From assembly GCA_963712025.1 (NCBI GenBank), contig CAVQGJ010000002.1, forward strand, positions 131,005 through 195,004: 64,000 bases of DNA. The letters are read 5' to 3'. Shown one piece after another: positions 10,520 through 20,670 of this stretch; position 1 is the first letter of the stretch; every line of letters begins with the position of its first letter. A program made the translations under genes and the position numbers. Source of the DNA: an uncultured Verrucomicrobiae bacterium. GTDB lineage: Bacteria > Verrucomicrobiota > Verrucomicrobiia > Palsa-1439. The notes beneath the pieces were generated by a model, which saw only the letters and a list, made by a program, of their open reading frames with translations, was not told where the DNA came from and ran no database searches.

Positions 10520-10909
10520 CTACCGTTGCGCGTTCAACCATTCGATGACCCTGTCAGCTTCTTCGGGAAACAGGACGCGGATGGCGAGTTCCATCTCGGC
10601 GCGCGACGCGCCCTTTCGCCGCCAGCGCTGCTTGAGTCGTTCGACCCACTCGCCGAACGATTCGTCGGCCCCGTAGAAAGCGATTTCTTCCCGAACCACC
10701 GGGCTCGACGGGCCGACGCCCGACAGTTCGTCCAGCGTGATCCCGAGCCGTTTCGCGACGGCGACCGCCGTGCTCAGGTAGGGCTCGCTCTTGCCGCTGA
10801 GATAATCGCTGATCTGCGATTGCGTGACGCCGAGTTCGCTGGCCGCCCGCGACTGGTTCCACTGTTTCGCGGTCAGCAGTTTCCGTAATTGGCTGGAGAA
10901 AGTGTCCAT
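10520..10909 (-). CDS. XRE-family (Cro/C1-type HTH) transcriptional regulator
   Basis: From ATG 10909: MDTFSSQLRKLLTAKQWNQSRAASELGVTQSQISDYLSGKSEP.. is a classic HTH_3 motif. The C-terminal half is duplicated at 7978..8254. Confidence 0.75.
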   Translation of the reverse strand: MDTFSSQLRKLLTAKQWNQSRAASELGVTQSQISDYLSGKSEPYLSTAVAVAKRLGITLDELSGVGPSSPVVREEIAFYGADESFGEWVERLKQRWRRKGASRAEMELAIRVLFPEEADRVIEWLNAQR

Positions 10910-11697
10910 CAGGAAATATCGGAGTAGAGATTGCTGGCGGTGAAATAATATCGCCAGTCGGATATTTGGAATGGCCTCTTGCGGGCGGTCATGCGCGGGC
11001 GCACATGACCCGGCTCGGTTGACCGCCACCGCGCGCGGCCAGCCATTTGGGGATCACGCAGGCGCACCTGTGCCCTGGGCTCGATGCGGAAACGGGAACC
11101 GCGACCCTGATCCTGATAGCAATCCACCACGCGGCCCGCTCCGTGCGCGAAGCAGACCAAAACCACGCCCCAAACTCAAGCCCGAAAGCGCCGGGCGTCC
11201 CGCTGGCGGTCGCCCCGCCCAGCCGGGCCGCCGTCACACAACCGTGTCCGTCGCGCCATAAAACCGTCACTAAATTGTCACATTTCCGCCGTCGCGATGT
11301 CACCATCACCGGCGAGTATGCTGGTGTAGTCTGAAAGTTTGAGATTCAACCGGCTGGTGCCGGGGCCGAGATGTGAAGGAGTGAGGGAAGGGTTTCAAGG
11401 ATGAGCCGGGTGGGATACGGGCTTTGATGTCCAAGGGAACTGGGGTCAGATTTAGCTCATTCGGGGGTTTATCAGGGCGATCTTCACGTCCGGCCCGGTG
11501 CCGCTGGCTGAAATTCAACGTTCGTCGCCTGCCAATCGGTCACGCCGGCGGTTTTCCCTGCCTGTGCAGAAGCTGACAGGGTCGATCCACGCTCGAATAT
11601 TCCTGTTGACGGCGGTTTTCCCGACCGGACAATATGGGGTTATCACGAATCCGACAACGTGGACTGTCTCCCTGAGCACTCCACCAAACGAAACGCC

Positions 11698-12789
11698 ATG
11701 CCACTGAAACTTCGCGACAAATTCGCATTCGACCAGCTTTCCCTTGGCGAAGTCATGTTGCGGCTCGATCCCGGCGAGGGACGCATCCGCGCGACGCGCG
11801 AGTTCAAGGTCTGGGAAGGCGGCGGCGAATACAACGTCGCGCGCGGATTGCGCAAATGCTTCGGCCTGAAGACGGCAGTGTGCACGGCATTCGTGGACAA
11901 CGAAGTCGGCCATCTCATCGAAGACCTCGTCATGCAGGGCGGTGTCGCCACCGATTACATTCTCTGGCGCGCCGATGACGGCATCGGGCGTTCGGCGCGC
12001 AACGGGCTCAATTTCACCGAACGCGGCTTCGGCATTCGCGGGGCGGTCGGCGTGTCGGACCGCGGTCACACGGCGGCCAGCCAGCTCAAGCCCGGCGATT
12101 TCGATTGGGAGAAGATTTTCGGCCAGGTCGGTGTGCGCTGGTTCCACACCGGCGGCATTTTCGCGGCGTTGAGCGAAAGCACAGCGGCATTGACCATGGA
12201 AGCGGTCAAGGCCGCCGCCAAACACGGGACGATCGTGAGCTACGACCTGAATTATCGCCCCAGCCTGTGGAAGAGCATCGGCGGCCAGGCCCGGGCCCGC
12301 GAGGTCAACCGCGAGATCGCCAAGTACGTGGATGTGATCATCGGCAACGAAGAGGATTTCACCGCGTGCCTCGGCTTCGAGGTCGAAGGCATGGATCGCA
12401 ACATTACGAAAATCGAAACCGACGCCTTCCAGAAGATGATCCAGAAGGCCGTGGGTGAATTCAAGAATTTCAAGGTCGCCGCCACCACATTGCGCAAGGT
12501 CATTACGGCGACCCGGAACGATTGGAGCGCGATTTGCTGGATGGACGGCAGGTTTTACGAGAGCCGCCAGTATCCCGGGTTGGAAATTCTCGACCGCGTT
12601 GGCGGCGGCGACAGTTTCGCCAGCGGCTTGATTTTTGGTTTGCTGAAGACGGGTGACCCGCAACAGGCGGTGGATTATGGCGCGGCGCACGGCGCGCTGG
12701 CCATGACCACCCCCGGCGACACCTCCATGGCCACGCTGAAGGAAGTGGAAAAGGTCATGGGAGGCGGCAGCGCCCGGGTCCAGAGATAA
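11698..12789 (+). CDS. kdgK: 2-dehydro-3-deoxygluconokinase (PfkB family)
   Basis: LSLGEVMLRLDP, GGGEYNVA, and the C-terminal DRVGGGDSF..G ATP-binding motif. First gene of a kdgK-kduI-kduD-exuT row. ATG at 11698. Confidence 0.9.
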   Translation: MPLKLRDKFAFDQLSLGEVMLRLDPGEGRIRATREFKVWEGGGEYNVARGLRKCFGLKTAVCTAFVDNEVGHLIEDLVMQGGVATDYILWRADDGIGRSARNGLNFTERGFGIRGAVGVSDRGHTAASQLKPGDFDWEKIFGQVGVRWFHTGGIFAALSESTAALTMEAVKAAAKHGTIVSYDLNYRPSLWKSIGGQARAREVNREIAKYVDVIIGNEEDFTACLGFEVEGMDRNITKIETDAFQKMIQKAVGEFKNFKVAATTLRKVITATRNDWSAICWMDGRFYESRQYPGLEILDRVGGGDSFASGLIFGLLKTGDPQQAVDYGAAHGALAMTTPGDTSMATLKEVEKVMGGGSARVQR

Positions 12790-12880
12790 AGAATCGGCAG
12801 CGAGGCGCGTGCGGGCCTTACGAGCTTCGGCGCTTGGTATTTGTGCGCGCGGCTGCCATAGTAGAGGGACAGATCGAACC

Positions 12881-13711
12881 ATGGAAGCGAGACACACACC
12901 CGACGCCACACGTTATCCGCGCCTGACCGCCGACGAATTGCGCGGGGGCTACCTCGTGCAAAACCTGTTTCAGCCGGGGACGGTGCAACTTGTCTACACC
13001 GATATCGACCGCGCGATCATCGGCGGGATTGTTCCGACCGCCGAGAAGCTATCGCTCGGGACATCCAAGGAACTCGCGTCGAACTTCTTTGCGGAGCGCC
13101 GCGAAATCGGCGTGATCAACATCGGCGGGAAAGGCGCGATCAGCGTCGATGGCAAGGAGTTCACGCTGGCGAAACGGGATTGCCTGTACATCGGGCGCGG
13201 CAGTAGACAGATCGAATTCAGCAGCGCGAACTCGCGCGAGCCGGCGTGGTTCTATCTGGTGAGCTATCCGGCCCATGCGACGCATCCGACGCGGCTGGCG
13301 ACCGTCGCCGACGCTGAAGCCGTGGCGCTCGGCACGCAGCGTGACGCGAACCAGCGAACCATCCGCAAATACATTCACGGCGGCGGCATACCGAGTTGTC
13401 AATTGGTCATGGGCTTCACCGAATTGAAGGAAGGCAGCATCTGGAACACGATGCCGCCGCACACGCACGCGCGGCGGTCGGAGATCTACCTGTATTTTGA
13501 TGTGCCGGCGGATGCGGCGGTATTTCATTTCATGGGCAGCGCGGCGGAGACGCGGCATCTCGTCGTGCGCAATGGCGAGGCCGTATTGTCGCCGCCGTGG
13601 TCGATTCACTGTGGCGCGGGGACGCGACATTACTGTTTTATCTGGGCGATGGGCGGGGAAAACCAGGAGTTCGCCGACATGGACCAGATTGCGGTCGACG
13701 CGCTGAAGTAA
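12881..13711 (+). CDS. kduI: 5-dehydro-4-deoxy-D-glucuronate isomerase
   Basis: 276 aa from ATG 12881. MPPHTHARRSEIYLYF and SIHCGAGT cupin motifs match KduI along its full length. Confidence 0.92.
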   Translation: MEARHTPDATRYPRLTADELRGGYLVQNLFQPGTVQLVYTDIDRAIIGGIVPTAEKLSLGTSKELASNFFAERREIGVINIGGKGAISVDGKEFTLAKRDCLYIGRGSRQIEFSSANSREPAWFYLVSYPAHATHPTRLATVADAEAVALGTQRDANQRTIRKYIHGGGIPSCQLVMGFTELKEGSIWNTMPPHTHARRSEIYLYFDVPADAAVFHFMGSAAETRHLVVRNGEAVLSPPWSIHCGAGTRHYCFIWAMGGENQEFADMDQIAVDALK

Positions 13712-13737
13712 ACAACATCGAGGAGAGAGAAACGAGC

Positions 13738-14502
13738 ATGGCGATTCTGGATCAATTCAAACTGGACGGCAAAGTGGCCATCGTCACAGGAGCCGGGCGC
13801 GGCCTCGGCCAGGGAATCGCTTTCGGCCTCGCCGAAGCCGGCGCCGACATCGCCGCCGTGGATTTGATCGACCAATCCGAAACCAAGGCCGGCGTGGAAA
13901 AACGCGGGCGGCGTTGCGCCGTCATTCATGCCGATCTCTCGAAGGGCGGTTGCGTCCCGCCCATCATCGACGCCACGCTCGCGGCCTTCGGCCACATCGA
14001 CATTCTTTTCAATAACGCCGGCATCATTCGTCGCGCGCCGCTTGTCGAGTTTTCGGAAAAGGACTGGGACGATGTCATCAACATCAATCTGCGGACGCTG
14101 TTTTTTCTCAGCCAGGCGGTCGCGAAGGTCATGATCAAGCAGGGCAAAGGCGGCAAGATCATCAATACCGCGTCGATGCTCTCGTTCCAGGGCGGCATTC
14201 GCGTGCCGTCGTACACGGCTTCCAAGAGCGCGGTGATGGGATTGACCCGTCTCATGGGCAACGAACTGGCGCCGCACGGCATCAACGTCAACGCCATCGC
14301 ACCGGGGTACATGGCCACGGACAACACGACGGCGTTGCGCGCGGATGAAAACCGCAGCGCCGAGATTCTCGCGCGCATCCCGGCCGGACGCTGGGGCACG
14401 CCGATGGACCTGCAAGGGGCCGCCGTGTTCCTCGCTTCACCCGCGTCGGATTACGTGCAGGCGTACACGATTGCGGTGGATGGCGGCTGGCTGGCGCGGT
14501 AG
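13738..14502 (+). CDS. kduD: 2-dehydro-3-deoxy-D-gluconate 5-dehydrogenase (SDR)
   Basis: MAILDQFKLDGKVAIVTGAGRGLGQG (TGxxxGxG), NNAG, YTASK catalytic motif. Positioned directly after kduI. Confidence 0.9.
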   Translation: MAILDQFKLDGKVAIVTGAGRGLGQGIAFGLAEAGADIAAVDLIDQSETKAGVEKRGRRCAVIHADLSKGGCVPPIIDATLAAFGHIDILFNNAGIIRRAPLVEFSEKDWDDVININLRTLFFLSQAVAKVMIKQGKGGKIINTASMLSFQGGIRVPSYTASKSAVMGLTRLMGNELAPHGINVNAIAPGYMATDNTTALRADENRSAEILARIPAGRWGTPMDLQGAAVFLASPASDYVQAYTIAVDGGWLAR

Positions 14503-14569
14503 GACAACATCACGAGCAAAGGATAAACAATGAGAGGCTGACACGACGACGGCAGCCAACGCGCAGAAG

Positions 14570-15895
14570 ATGACGAACTATCGGTGGGTAATCTGTGCGT
14601 TGCTGTTCTGGGTCACCACCGCCAACTACATCGACCGCAGTGTCTTCGCCAATCTCGCGCCGGAGATGCCGGGTCGGCTGAACGTGGCCAAGGCGGACTG
14701 GGATGTGGCCTACTGGAACATGCAGGTGTTCTTTCAAATCGCGTACGCCATCAGCATGTTGCTCATGGGCCGGTTGATGGACGTTCTCGGTCTGCGCTGG
14801 GGCTTTGCGTTCGCCTGCGCGTTCTGGGGCGTGGCTTCCATGTCACATGCGTTTGCGCCCGAGATTGGCGCGTTGTTCGGTGGCCCCATCGCCGGCTTCC
14901 TCATTTGCCGGATTCTTCTGGGTTTGGGCGAAGGCGGCAACTTTCCCGCAGCCATCAAGACCACCGCCGAATGGTTCCCCAAGCGCGAGCGAGCGCTGGC
15001 CACGGGCCTGTTCAACTCGGGCTCCAACGTTGGCGGGCTTCTCGTGCCGGTCTTGCTTCCCATTGTCATTGCGTTGAACATTGCCGGCCACGTCGTCGGT
15101 TGGCGGGGCGCGTTCTTTATCACGGCCATTGTCGATCTCTCCTGGATTATCGCCTGGCTGTCCATCTATCGAAGACCCGAGGATCATCCCAAGGTGAGCA
15201 AGGAGGAGCTGGCTCTCATTCAAAGCGACGCCGCCGAACCCACGGTCAGGATCCCGTGGAGGAAGCTTCTGCCCCACAAGCAGATGTGGGCGTTTGCGGT
15301 GGGCAAGTTCATGACGGATTGTTTCTGGTGGTTCTACCTCTTTGGCAGCCCCGATTTCTTCAACCGGAAATTCCATCTGGATCCCAAGGGCCGTGAAGTT
15401 ATGATTATGATGATTTATGTGGTCGCGTCCGTGGGCAGCATCGCCGGCGGCTGGCTGGCAGGATCGTTGATGAAGCGAGGATGGTCCATCAACAAGGCCC
15501 GCAAGATCACGATGCTTATCTGTGGGGCGTTTGTGATGCCGGTTGTGTATTCCGCCATGACGGACAACAAGTGGGTGGCAGCGGTGCTGATCACGATCGC
15601 GGCTTCGGCTCACCAGGCATGGTCCGCAAACATGTTCAGCCTGGCGGGTGACATGTTCCCGCGGCGCGTGGTCGGCTCGGTAACAGGCCTGGGCGGCATG
15701 ATCGGCGCCGGTGGCGGCGTGACCCTGTTCTACATCACGGGGAAGGTTCTGAAACAAACGGGCAATTACCTGCCGGTCTTCGTTCTGGCCAGCATGGCGT
15801 ATGTTCTTGCCCTGCTGATTATCCATCTGATCGTGCCAAGATTGGAAACGGCGCAGATTGAGGAACCGACTTCGAGCGGGGCTGCTACCGTTTGA
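14570..15895 (+). CDS. exuT: MFS hexuronate transporter
   Basis: 441 aa, about 12 TM segments. The N-terminus MTNYRWVICALLFWVTTANYIDRSV is typical of ExuT/ACS-family MFS transporters, and the gene sits in a uronate context. Confidence 0.85.
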   Translation: MTNYRWVICALLFWVTTANYIDRSVFANLAPEMPGRLNVAKADWDVAYWNMQVFFQIAYAISMLLMGRLMDVLGLRWGFAFACAFWGVASMSHAFAPEIGALFGGPIAGFLICRILLGLGEGGNFPAAIKTTAEWFPKRERALATGLFNSGSNVGGLLVPVLLPIVIALNIAGHVVGWRGAFFITAIVDLSWIIAWLSIYRRPEDHPKVSKEELALIQSDAAEPTVRIPWRKLLPHKQMWAFAVGKFMTDCFWWFYLFGSPDFFNRKFHLDPKGREVMIMMIYVVASVGSIAGGWLAGSLMKRGWSINKARKITMLICGAFVMPVVYSAMTDNKWVAAVLITIAASAHQAWSANMFSLAGDMFPRRVVGSVTGLGGMIGAGGGVTLFYITGKVLKQTGNYLPVFVLASMAYVLALLIIHLIVPRLETAQIEEPTSSGAATV

Positions 15896-15959
15896 GCTAA
15901 CGACCTTGCTTTTTCCGGCATCGGTACGCGCGACGTGAGATTTAGCCAATCTCACGTGG

Positions 15960-16508
15960 GTGATGAACTTTTCCGGTTCGGCTTGCAACTACACTGAGAG
16001 AGGAGACAATCTCAGGCAGGTGCAATCCGACATCGATACGATTAGCCGGTTGTACGGGCAGCACGCCGGCGAGCTGTACCACTACCTCGCAAGGCGGTGT
16101 CCCGATGCCGCGACCGCGGGCGACCTCTTGCAGGAGACCTTCCTGCAGGTCGTCCGCCAGTCCGATCAACTGGCCAGGGTGACAATGCCCCGCGCCTGGC
16201 TGTTTGCCATCGCCCGCAATATGTTGGCCCGCCACTACCGCCGACAGCGCGATCCGCAACCCGTCGCCCAGCTCTGGTATGAACCCGCTGAGGAGAAGGA
16301 CGACCGCCTCGCCGTCATGCGGGAGGCCATCCGCGGTTTGTCCCCTGAGTTGCGCGACACCCTCGAACTGCGGCTCGAACAGGAATTGTCCTACGAAGAA
16401 ATCGCCCATGTGCTGGATGTCCCGGTCGGGACGGTCCGCTCGCGCTTGCACAACGCCGTCCGCCAGTTGCGCGACCTCATGAATCAGCAGGAGAAGACCA
16501 AGCAATGA
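15960..16508 (+). CDS. ECF-type RNA polymerase sigma-70 family factor
   Basis: Region 2 (LLQETFLQVV..AWLFAIARNMLARHYRR) and region 4 (LSYEEIAHVLDVPVGTVRSRLHNAVRQL). Confidence 0.85.
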   Translation: MMNFSGSACNYTERGDNLRQVQSDIDTISRLYGQHAGELYHYLARRCPDAATAGDLLQETFLQVVRQSDQLARVTMPRAWLFAIARNMLARHYRRQRDPQPVAQLWYEPAEEKDDRLAVMREAIRGLSPELRDTLELRLEQELSYEEIAHVLDVPVGTVRSRLHNAVRQLRDLMNQQEKTKQ

Positions 16509-16990
16509 AACCCGATGTCATCGAACGTTTGCTGCTGGACCGCGCGTTGGGACGTCTCGATCCCGACGTCGATACCTTGCTGGCCGATTACGTGGCCAAC
16601 GACGCGTCCGCCGCGACCCAGGCCCGGGAACTTCAGGAAGTGGTTCATCTGGCCCGCGAGGCCGTTCGCCAACCCGTGCTCGCTATCGAGCCGCCCAATC
16701 AAATCCATCAAATCGTCTGGCGTCATCGCTCCGAACAGGCGCTGGCCCTCGCCGCCTCGTTCGTGATCGGCGTCGGCATCACCGCGTTGGCTCTCCGCAG
16801 CGGCCTCCGTCGCGAGGACAGCACGGTCGCTCTCGCGCCATCGGTCCAAAGCGCGTCGACAGGGTCACGCCAACAAGAGGCCAGCGTGAAAAGCAAAATC
16901 GACTCCCTCCCATTCTGGTCGAACCAACGGTTATACCTGCTGGCATCGGCATCCACCGCCGGCGCCAACGCAAAGGAGATCGTGAAATGA
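16505..16990 (+). CDS. putative anti-sigma factor (single-pass membrane protein)
   Basis: ATGA overlap with the sigma-factor stop. One TM segment (ALALAASFVIGVGITALAL). The call rests on position and topology only. Confidence 0.55.
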   Translation: MKPDVIERLLLDRALGRLDPDVDTLLADYVANDASAATQARELQEVVHLAREAVRQPVLAIEPPNQIHQIVWRHRSEQALALAASFVIGVGITALALRSGLRREDSTVALAPSVQSASTGSRQQEASVKSKIDSLPFWSNQRLYLLASASTAGANAKEIVK

Positions 16991-18420
16991 ATCCTGGCAA
17001 ATGGTTCTCACAACGATTCCTCCTGATAGTCTCCGTCCTTCTCGTGCTCTGCGCCGGCTGCGACCCGCAGGACTGGATCTGTTGGGCGCCGGACGGCGAG
17101 CACGCGTTCGTGCAGGGAGCGGACAACAACACCTTCCTGATTGACCGCTCCGGCAGGGTCCTCGGCAACGCCACCGACGCGCGCGCCTGGCTTCCCGACT
17201 CGCGGCGGGTGATTGCCGTTCACACGGTGAAACCCGTGAGTTGGGATGAATACGCCAAATTACTCGGCCCCGACCGTGCCGAGAGGACAACGAATGCCGC
17301 CGCCAGTTTGGTGCGGTTGATCCAGTCGTATCACGGTGATTGGGCCAAGTTCGGCGATTCGACCGAATACAAGGCGTGGGAAAACAAAGTAGTTGGGCAC
17401 GCATACAGCGCCGAGTGGCTGACACGGGCGATAACGCTGTATCTCGAACAAACGAATCCGCAGGTTCTGGCCCCCATCTTCAACGCCAGTTCCATCTCCG
17501 TAACGAATTTTATCTCCGATATCTACGAACTCAGTACCCGCAACGTCCTGCCGTCCGGCCCCCCTGCCGAAAAGCTATTGGCTCGCTTTCCAGATGAGAT
17601 TATTTCGGTATTTCCTTCGCCGAACGGGCAGGCAATCGCCTTTGCCGTCGGTGAGCCCGTTCACCCGGCTCTTTACGTCATCTCACAATCGACCAACAGT
17701 TCTCCCTTGAAGGTGGATGACGGAGTGACGGAGGCCGCTTGGTCGACGGATGGTCAAGACCTCGTATACGCCAAAACCACGGTTCCATACGACCTGCTTC
17801 AGAGCGGCATGCAACTGGGGACCGTCACCAGACGGCGCGTTTGCGGAACCAATGGACAAGTGCTGGCCACGTTCGATGCTCCCAAGGATCTCGCCGGAGT
17901 AATCCTGGGACAAAGCTCCACACGCGTCGCGTGCCTCCCCGACGGTCGAATTCTCTTCGCGGCGGCCCCCGTTCACCTGCCAGCGGTCACCGCCGACCTG
18001 CCGGGCCACCTGACGCTGTTCGCCATACGACCCGACCCGACGCCGACCCTGGAGTCGATTGTGCGTCCCGCGGACATCGCGCGACTTCCGAATCGTGTGG
18101 ATTGCTTTGCGCTGAGCCCCGACAAAAAGCGTGCGTCCATCGTCGACGAACAGGGGCACGTGAGCATCGTGTCTCTGGACACCGGGGAATTACTGGCGGC
18201 CCAGCCGGCAGTCGTCTATTCCAACACCGACAAATACACGCAACTCATCCCCACCTGGCGAACCACGAACGAAGTCACGTGCCTCATCCCGATCGGCGAT
18301 CCTTCAGGCAGCACCGCGCGTGTGGAGGTTGTCCTGGCGAACCTGAACGGTCAAAAGACCGCCATCAGCCTGTCATGGTCGAACGCATTGATGAAGGGAC
18401 TGCTACAGCCGAGCCAATAA
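16987..18420 (+). CDS. lipoprotein, probable beta-propeller (TolB/WD40-like), co-transcribed with ECF sigma and anti-sigma
   Basis: Lipobox LLVLCAGC. ATGA overlap with the upstream gene. Repeated ..SPDG/..STDG.. strands. Confidence 0.6.
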   Translation: MNPGKWFSQRFLLIVSVLLVLCAGCDPQDWICWAPDGEHAFVQGADNNTFLIDRSGRVLGNATDARAWLPDSRRVIAVHTVKPVSWDEYAKLLGPDRAERTTNAAASLVRLIQSYHGDWAKFGDSTEYKAWENKVVGHAYSAEWLTRAITLYLEQTNPQVLAPIFNASSISVTNFISDIYELSTRNVLPSGPPAEKLLARFPDEIISVFPSPNGQAIAFAVGEPVHPALYVISQSTNSSPLKVDDGVTEAAWSTDGQDLVYAKTTVPYDLLQSGMQLGTVTRRRVCGTNGQVLATFDAPKDLAGVILGQSSTRVACLPDGRILFAAAPVHLPAVTADLPGHLTLFAIRPDPTPTLESIVRPADIARLPNRVDCFALSPDKKRASIVDEQGHVSIVSLDTGELLAAQPAVVYSNTDKYTQLIPTWRTTNEVTCLIPIGDPSGSTARVEVVLANLNGQKTAISLSWSNALMKGLLQPSQ

Positions 18421-18427
18421 TCCCCGC

Positions 18428-19303
18428 TCAACGGGACGCGCTACGCGAGTTCCGGCCCTCGCCAACCGACTTCGGGCTCTTGCCGACGAATTGCTTGAAC
18501 GCGCGGCTGAAGTCGTTCGGATGCTTGTACCCGAGCGCGTACGCGATTTCTTTGACGGAGAAGCGGTCGGTCTCCAACAACTCCTGCGCCCGCGCCATCT
18601 TGAGCCGCTGGTGATACACCGCCGGCGATTCCCCGTGATGCGTTTGAAACATCCGCACGACCGTGGCCGGAGAAATTTGCAGGTATTCGCAAAGCGCCGT
18701 GACCGGGTTCGGCTCGGCCAGGTTCTGGGCCATCCAGCGCACGGCCAACTCCATCCGCAACGACGGTTCGGGCGGCCCCATCTTGCGCTGGACATGCCGG
18801 GCCACGGTGACGTCGATGGCGAGGTGCAACTGCTCGATCGCGAGTTTGGTCAATTCGTCGGGCCGCTCCACTTCCAGGCGGCACAACCCGTGAAGATGTT
18901 CCACCTTGTGCCACAACCGGGTGCCAATCGCCCACTGCCGATACGTGCCCGGTTCCACGGCGCACTCCGAACACCGCGGGCCCGTCCGCCAGATCCAGAC
19001 AAGCAGGTCCGACACCCCATCGGGCCGGTCCGTCCAACCGCTGGCGCAATCGGGATGGATCACCAGAAAGTCGCCGGCATTGAGGTCCCTCTGCTCGCTT
19101 TCGAGGACCAACGTCGGCTTGCCCCGATTCACCAACACATAATGCCAGCCGGGGTGACGGGATACGGGAATCGGGTTCTGGCCATACTGACGATGTCCCC
19201 ACGCCAAATACAGGAGATCAAGTTGTGCGCTCTCCGGGCGGACCCAACGCGGGCGTCCCGGCGGCGGCAAATGCAACGCCTTCGGCAGCAAGCTCATACA
19301 CAC
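18428..19303 (-). CDS. AraC-family transcriptional regulator (cupin N-domain + HTH)
   Basis: The C-terminus ..VKEIAYALGYKHPNDFSRAFKQFVGKSPKS is the AraC HTH signature. Divergent from uxaE. Confidence 0.85.
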   Translation of the reverse strand: MCMSLLPKALHLPPPGRPRWVRPESAQLDLLYLAWGHRQYGQNPIPVSRHPGWHYVLVNRGKPTLVLESEQRDLNAGDFLVIHPDCASGWTDRPDGVSDLLVWIWRTGPRCSECAVEPGTYRQWAIGTRLWHKVEHLHGLCRLEVERPDELTKLAIEQLHLAIDVTVARHVQRKMGPPEPSLRMELAVRWMAQNLAEPNPVTALCEYLQISPATVVRMFQTHHGESPAVYHQRLKMARAQELLETDRFSVKEIAYALGYKHPNDFSRAFKQFVGKSPKSVGEGRNSRSASR

Positions 19304-19415
19304 ATCCAGATAGTCTCAACAATCATGACGCAACAAGATACTCAAATCGCATTGGCGAGTGAACCATTCCGCCGTAGAATCTACTCGAACCGAGACATGT
19401 CCCTCAATTAAACTG

Positions 19416-20666
19416 ATGACAATGAATACGACATCACCTACTGGCCCCGCAACAAGAAAAACAACCTCCGCCGCCCCGTTCGCCGGCAAAACCGTGGCGT
19501 CCCCGACGACGCTCGGTCTGGTGAAATCCTTTGGGTTCGGTGATCGTTTCGGCCTGGCGACGCCGGGGCACCTCGCCGCAGCGCAGAAATTCGATTTCGC
19601 CCCGATCTTCGCGCAGCAATCCATTCGCGAATTGGAACGCACCCAGCGCACGGCCCAGGAGGTCGTCAAGGCCGCAACCACCGCGCTTGCGCAGCATGGC
19701 TACAGCAGCAAGTGGGGAGCCGACGCGGACCACTTGAAAACGACCGAACATGTCGACCGGATGGCGGCGGCCGGCTTCTGCTTCTTCACGATCGATCCCT
19801 CCGAGCACGTCGGCAAGGGCGCGCTTACGCCCGAGTTGGAGTCGGCGTACCTGGGACGCAAATTCGACGTGCCCCATGTCGGGAAGCTGAAATTCGACGC
19901 TGCGTCACTCCGTGGCGCCGCGGTAAAATACGGGCGCGCCCTCGAGCACGTTGGCCTCATGGGCCGTCACATCGCGAAGACGATGGACTCGCGTCCGTTC
20001 GAGATCGAGGTCAGCGTGGACGAGACCAGTGATCCTACGAGCGTGCTGGACCATTTGTTCATTGGCTTGGAACTTCGCCGGCTCGCCGTTCCTCACGTGA
20101 TCAGCGTGGCGCCGCGATTCATCGGCGACTTTGAAAAGGGCATCGATTACAAGGGCGACCTGAAGAAATTCGAGGCCTCCCTGCGCGACCACCTGGAGAT
20201 CGCGCGGTTCTGCGGCCCCTACAAGATCAGCGTTCACAGCGGCTCGGACAAGTTTGCGATCTATCCCATCGTCGGCCGCGTGTGCGGCCAGTTGCTCCAC
20301 GTGAAGACATCGGGAACCAGTTACCTCGAAGGGTTGCGGGTCGTCGCCCGCTCGACACCCCAAGTATTCGCCGAGATCGTCGAGTTCTGCCGCGGCCGAT
20401 TTGAGACGGACCGCCAGAGCTACCATATTTCGACCACGCTGGCGCACGTCAACGCCCTGCCGAAATTCAGCGGGCCCAAGGAAGAGCCCGCGTTTCTCGA
20501 CGAAGTGGCGGGCCGGCAACTGCTGCACGTGACCTTCGGCTCGGTGCTCACGCATCCGACGTTCAAGCCGCGGATCCTGGAGACTCTCGAGAGCCACGCC
20601 GCGTTGCACAAAGAATTGTTGGAGAAACACCTGACCAAGCACCTTTCGCTGCTGGCGAAAGGGTGA
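19416..20666 (+). CDS. uxaE: tagaturonate/fructuronate epimerase
   Basis: SFGFGDRFGLATPGH, WGADADHLK and KISVHSGSDKF are motifs of the UxaE family (Thermotoga TM0440 type). Lies immediately upstream of uxaC. The start is ambiguous (ATG 19416 or 19422; the track starts at 19359). Confidence 0.8.
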   Translation: MTMNTTSPTGPATRKTTSAAPFAGKTVASPTTLGLVKSFGFGDRFGLATPGHLAAAQKFDFAPIFAQQSIRELERTQRTAQEVVKAATTALAQHGYSSKWGADADHLKTTEHVDRMAAAGFCFFTIDPSEHVGKGALTPELESAYLGRKFDVPHVGKLKFDAASLRGAAVKYGRALEHVGLMGRHIAKTMDSRPFEIEVSVDETSDPTSVLDHLFIGLELRRLAVPHVISVAPRFIGDFEKGIDYKGDLKKFEASLRDHLEIARFCGPYKISVHSGSDKFAIYPIVGRVCGQLLHVKTSGTSYLEGLRVVARSTPQVFAEIVEFCRGRFETDRQSYHISTTLAHVNALPKFSGPKEEPAFLDEVAGRQLLHVTFGSVLTHPTFKPRILETLESHAALHKELLEKHLTKHLSLLAKG

Positions 20667-20670
20667 GTCC

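Noticed and set aside
11606-11635. TTGACG-17-ACAATA/CAATAT as a promoter for kdgK
   Set aside because: The -10 hexamer is weak, and promoter consensus for this lineage is unknown. It is mentioned only within the intergenic-region finding and not reported as a feature.
11515-12909. 464-aa ORF on the minus strand
   Set aside because: It is antisense to kdgK, which has unambiguous homology. Shadow ORF.
14584-15396. 270-aa alternative-frame ORF inside exuT, and the 381-aa antisense ORF 14843..15988
   Set aside because: The products are Arg/Gly-rich nonsense, whereas the exuT frame gives a coherent 12-TM MFS protein.
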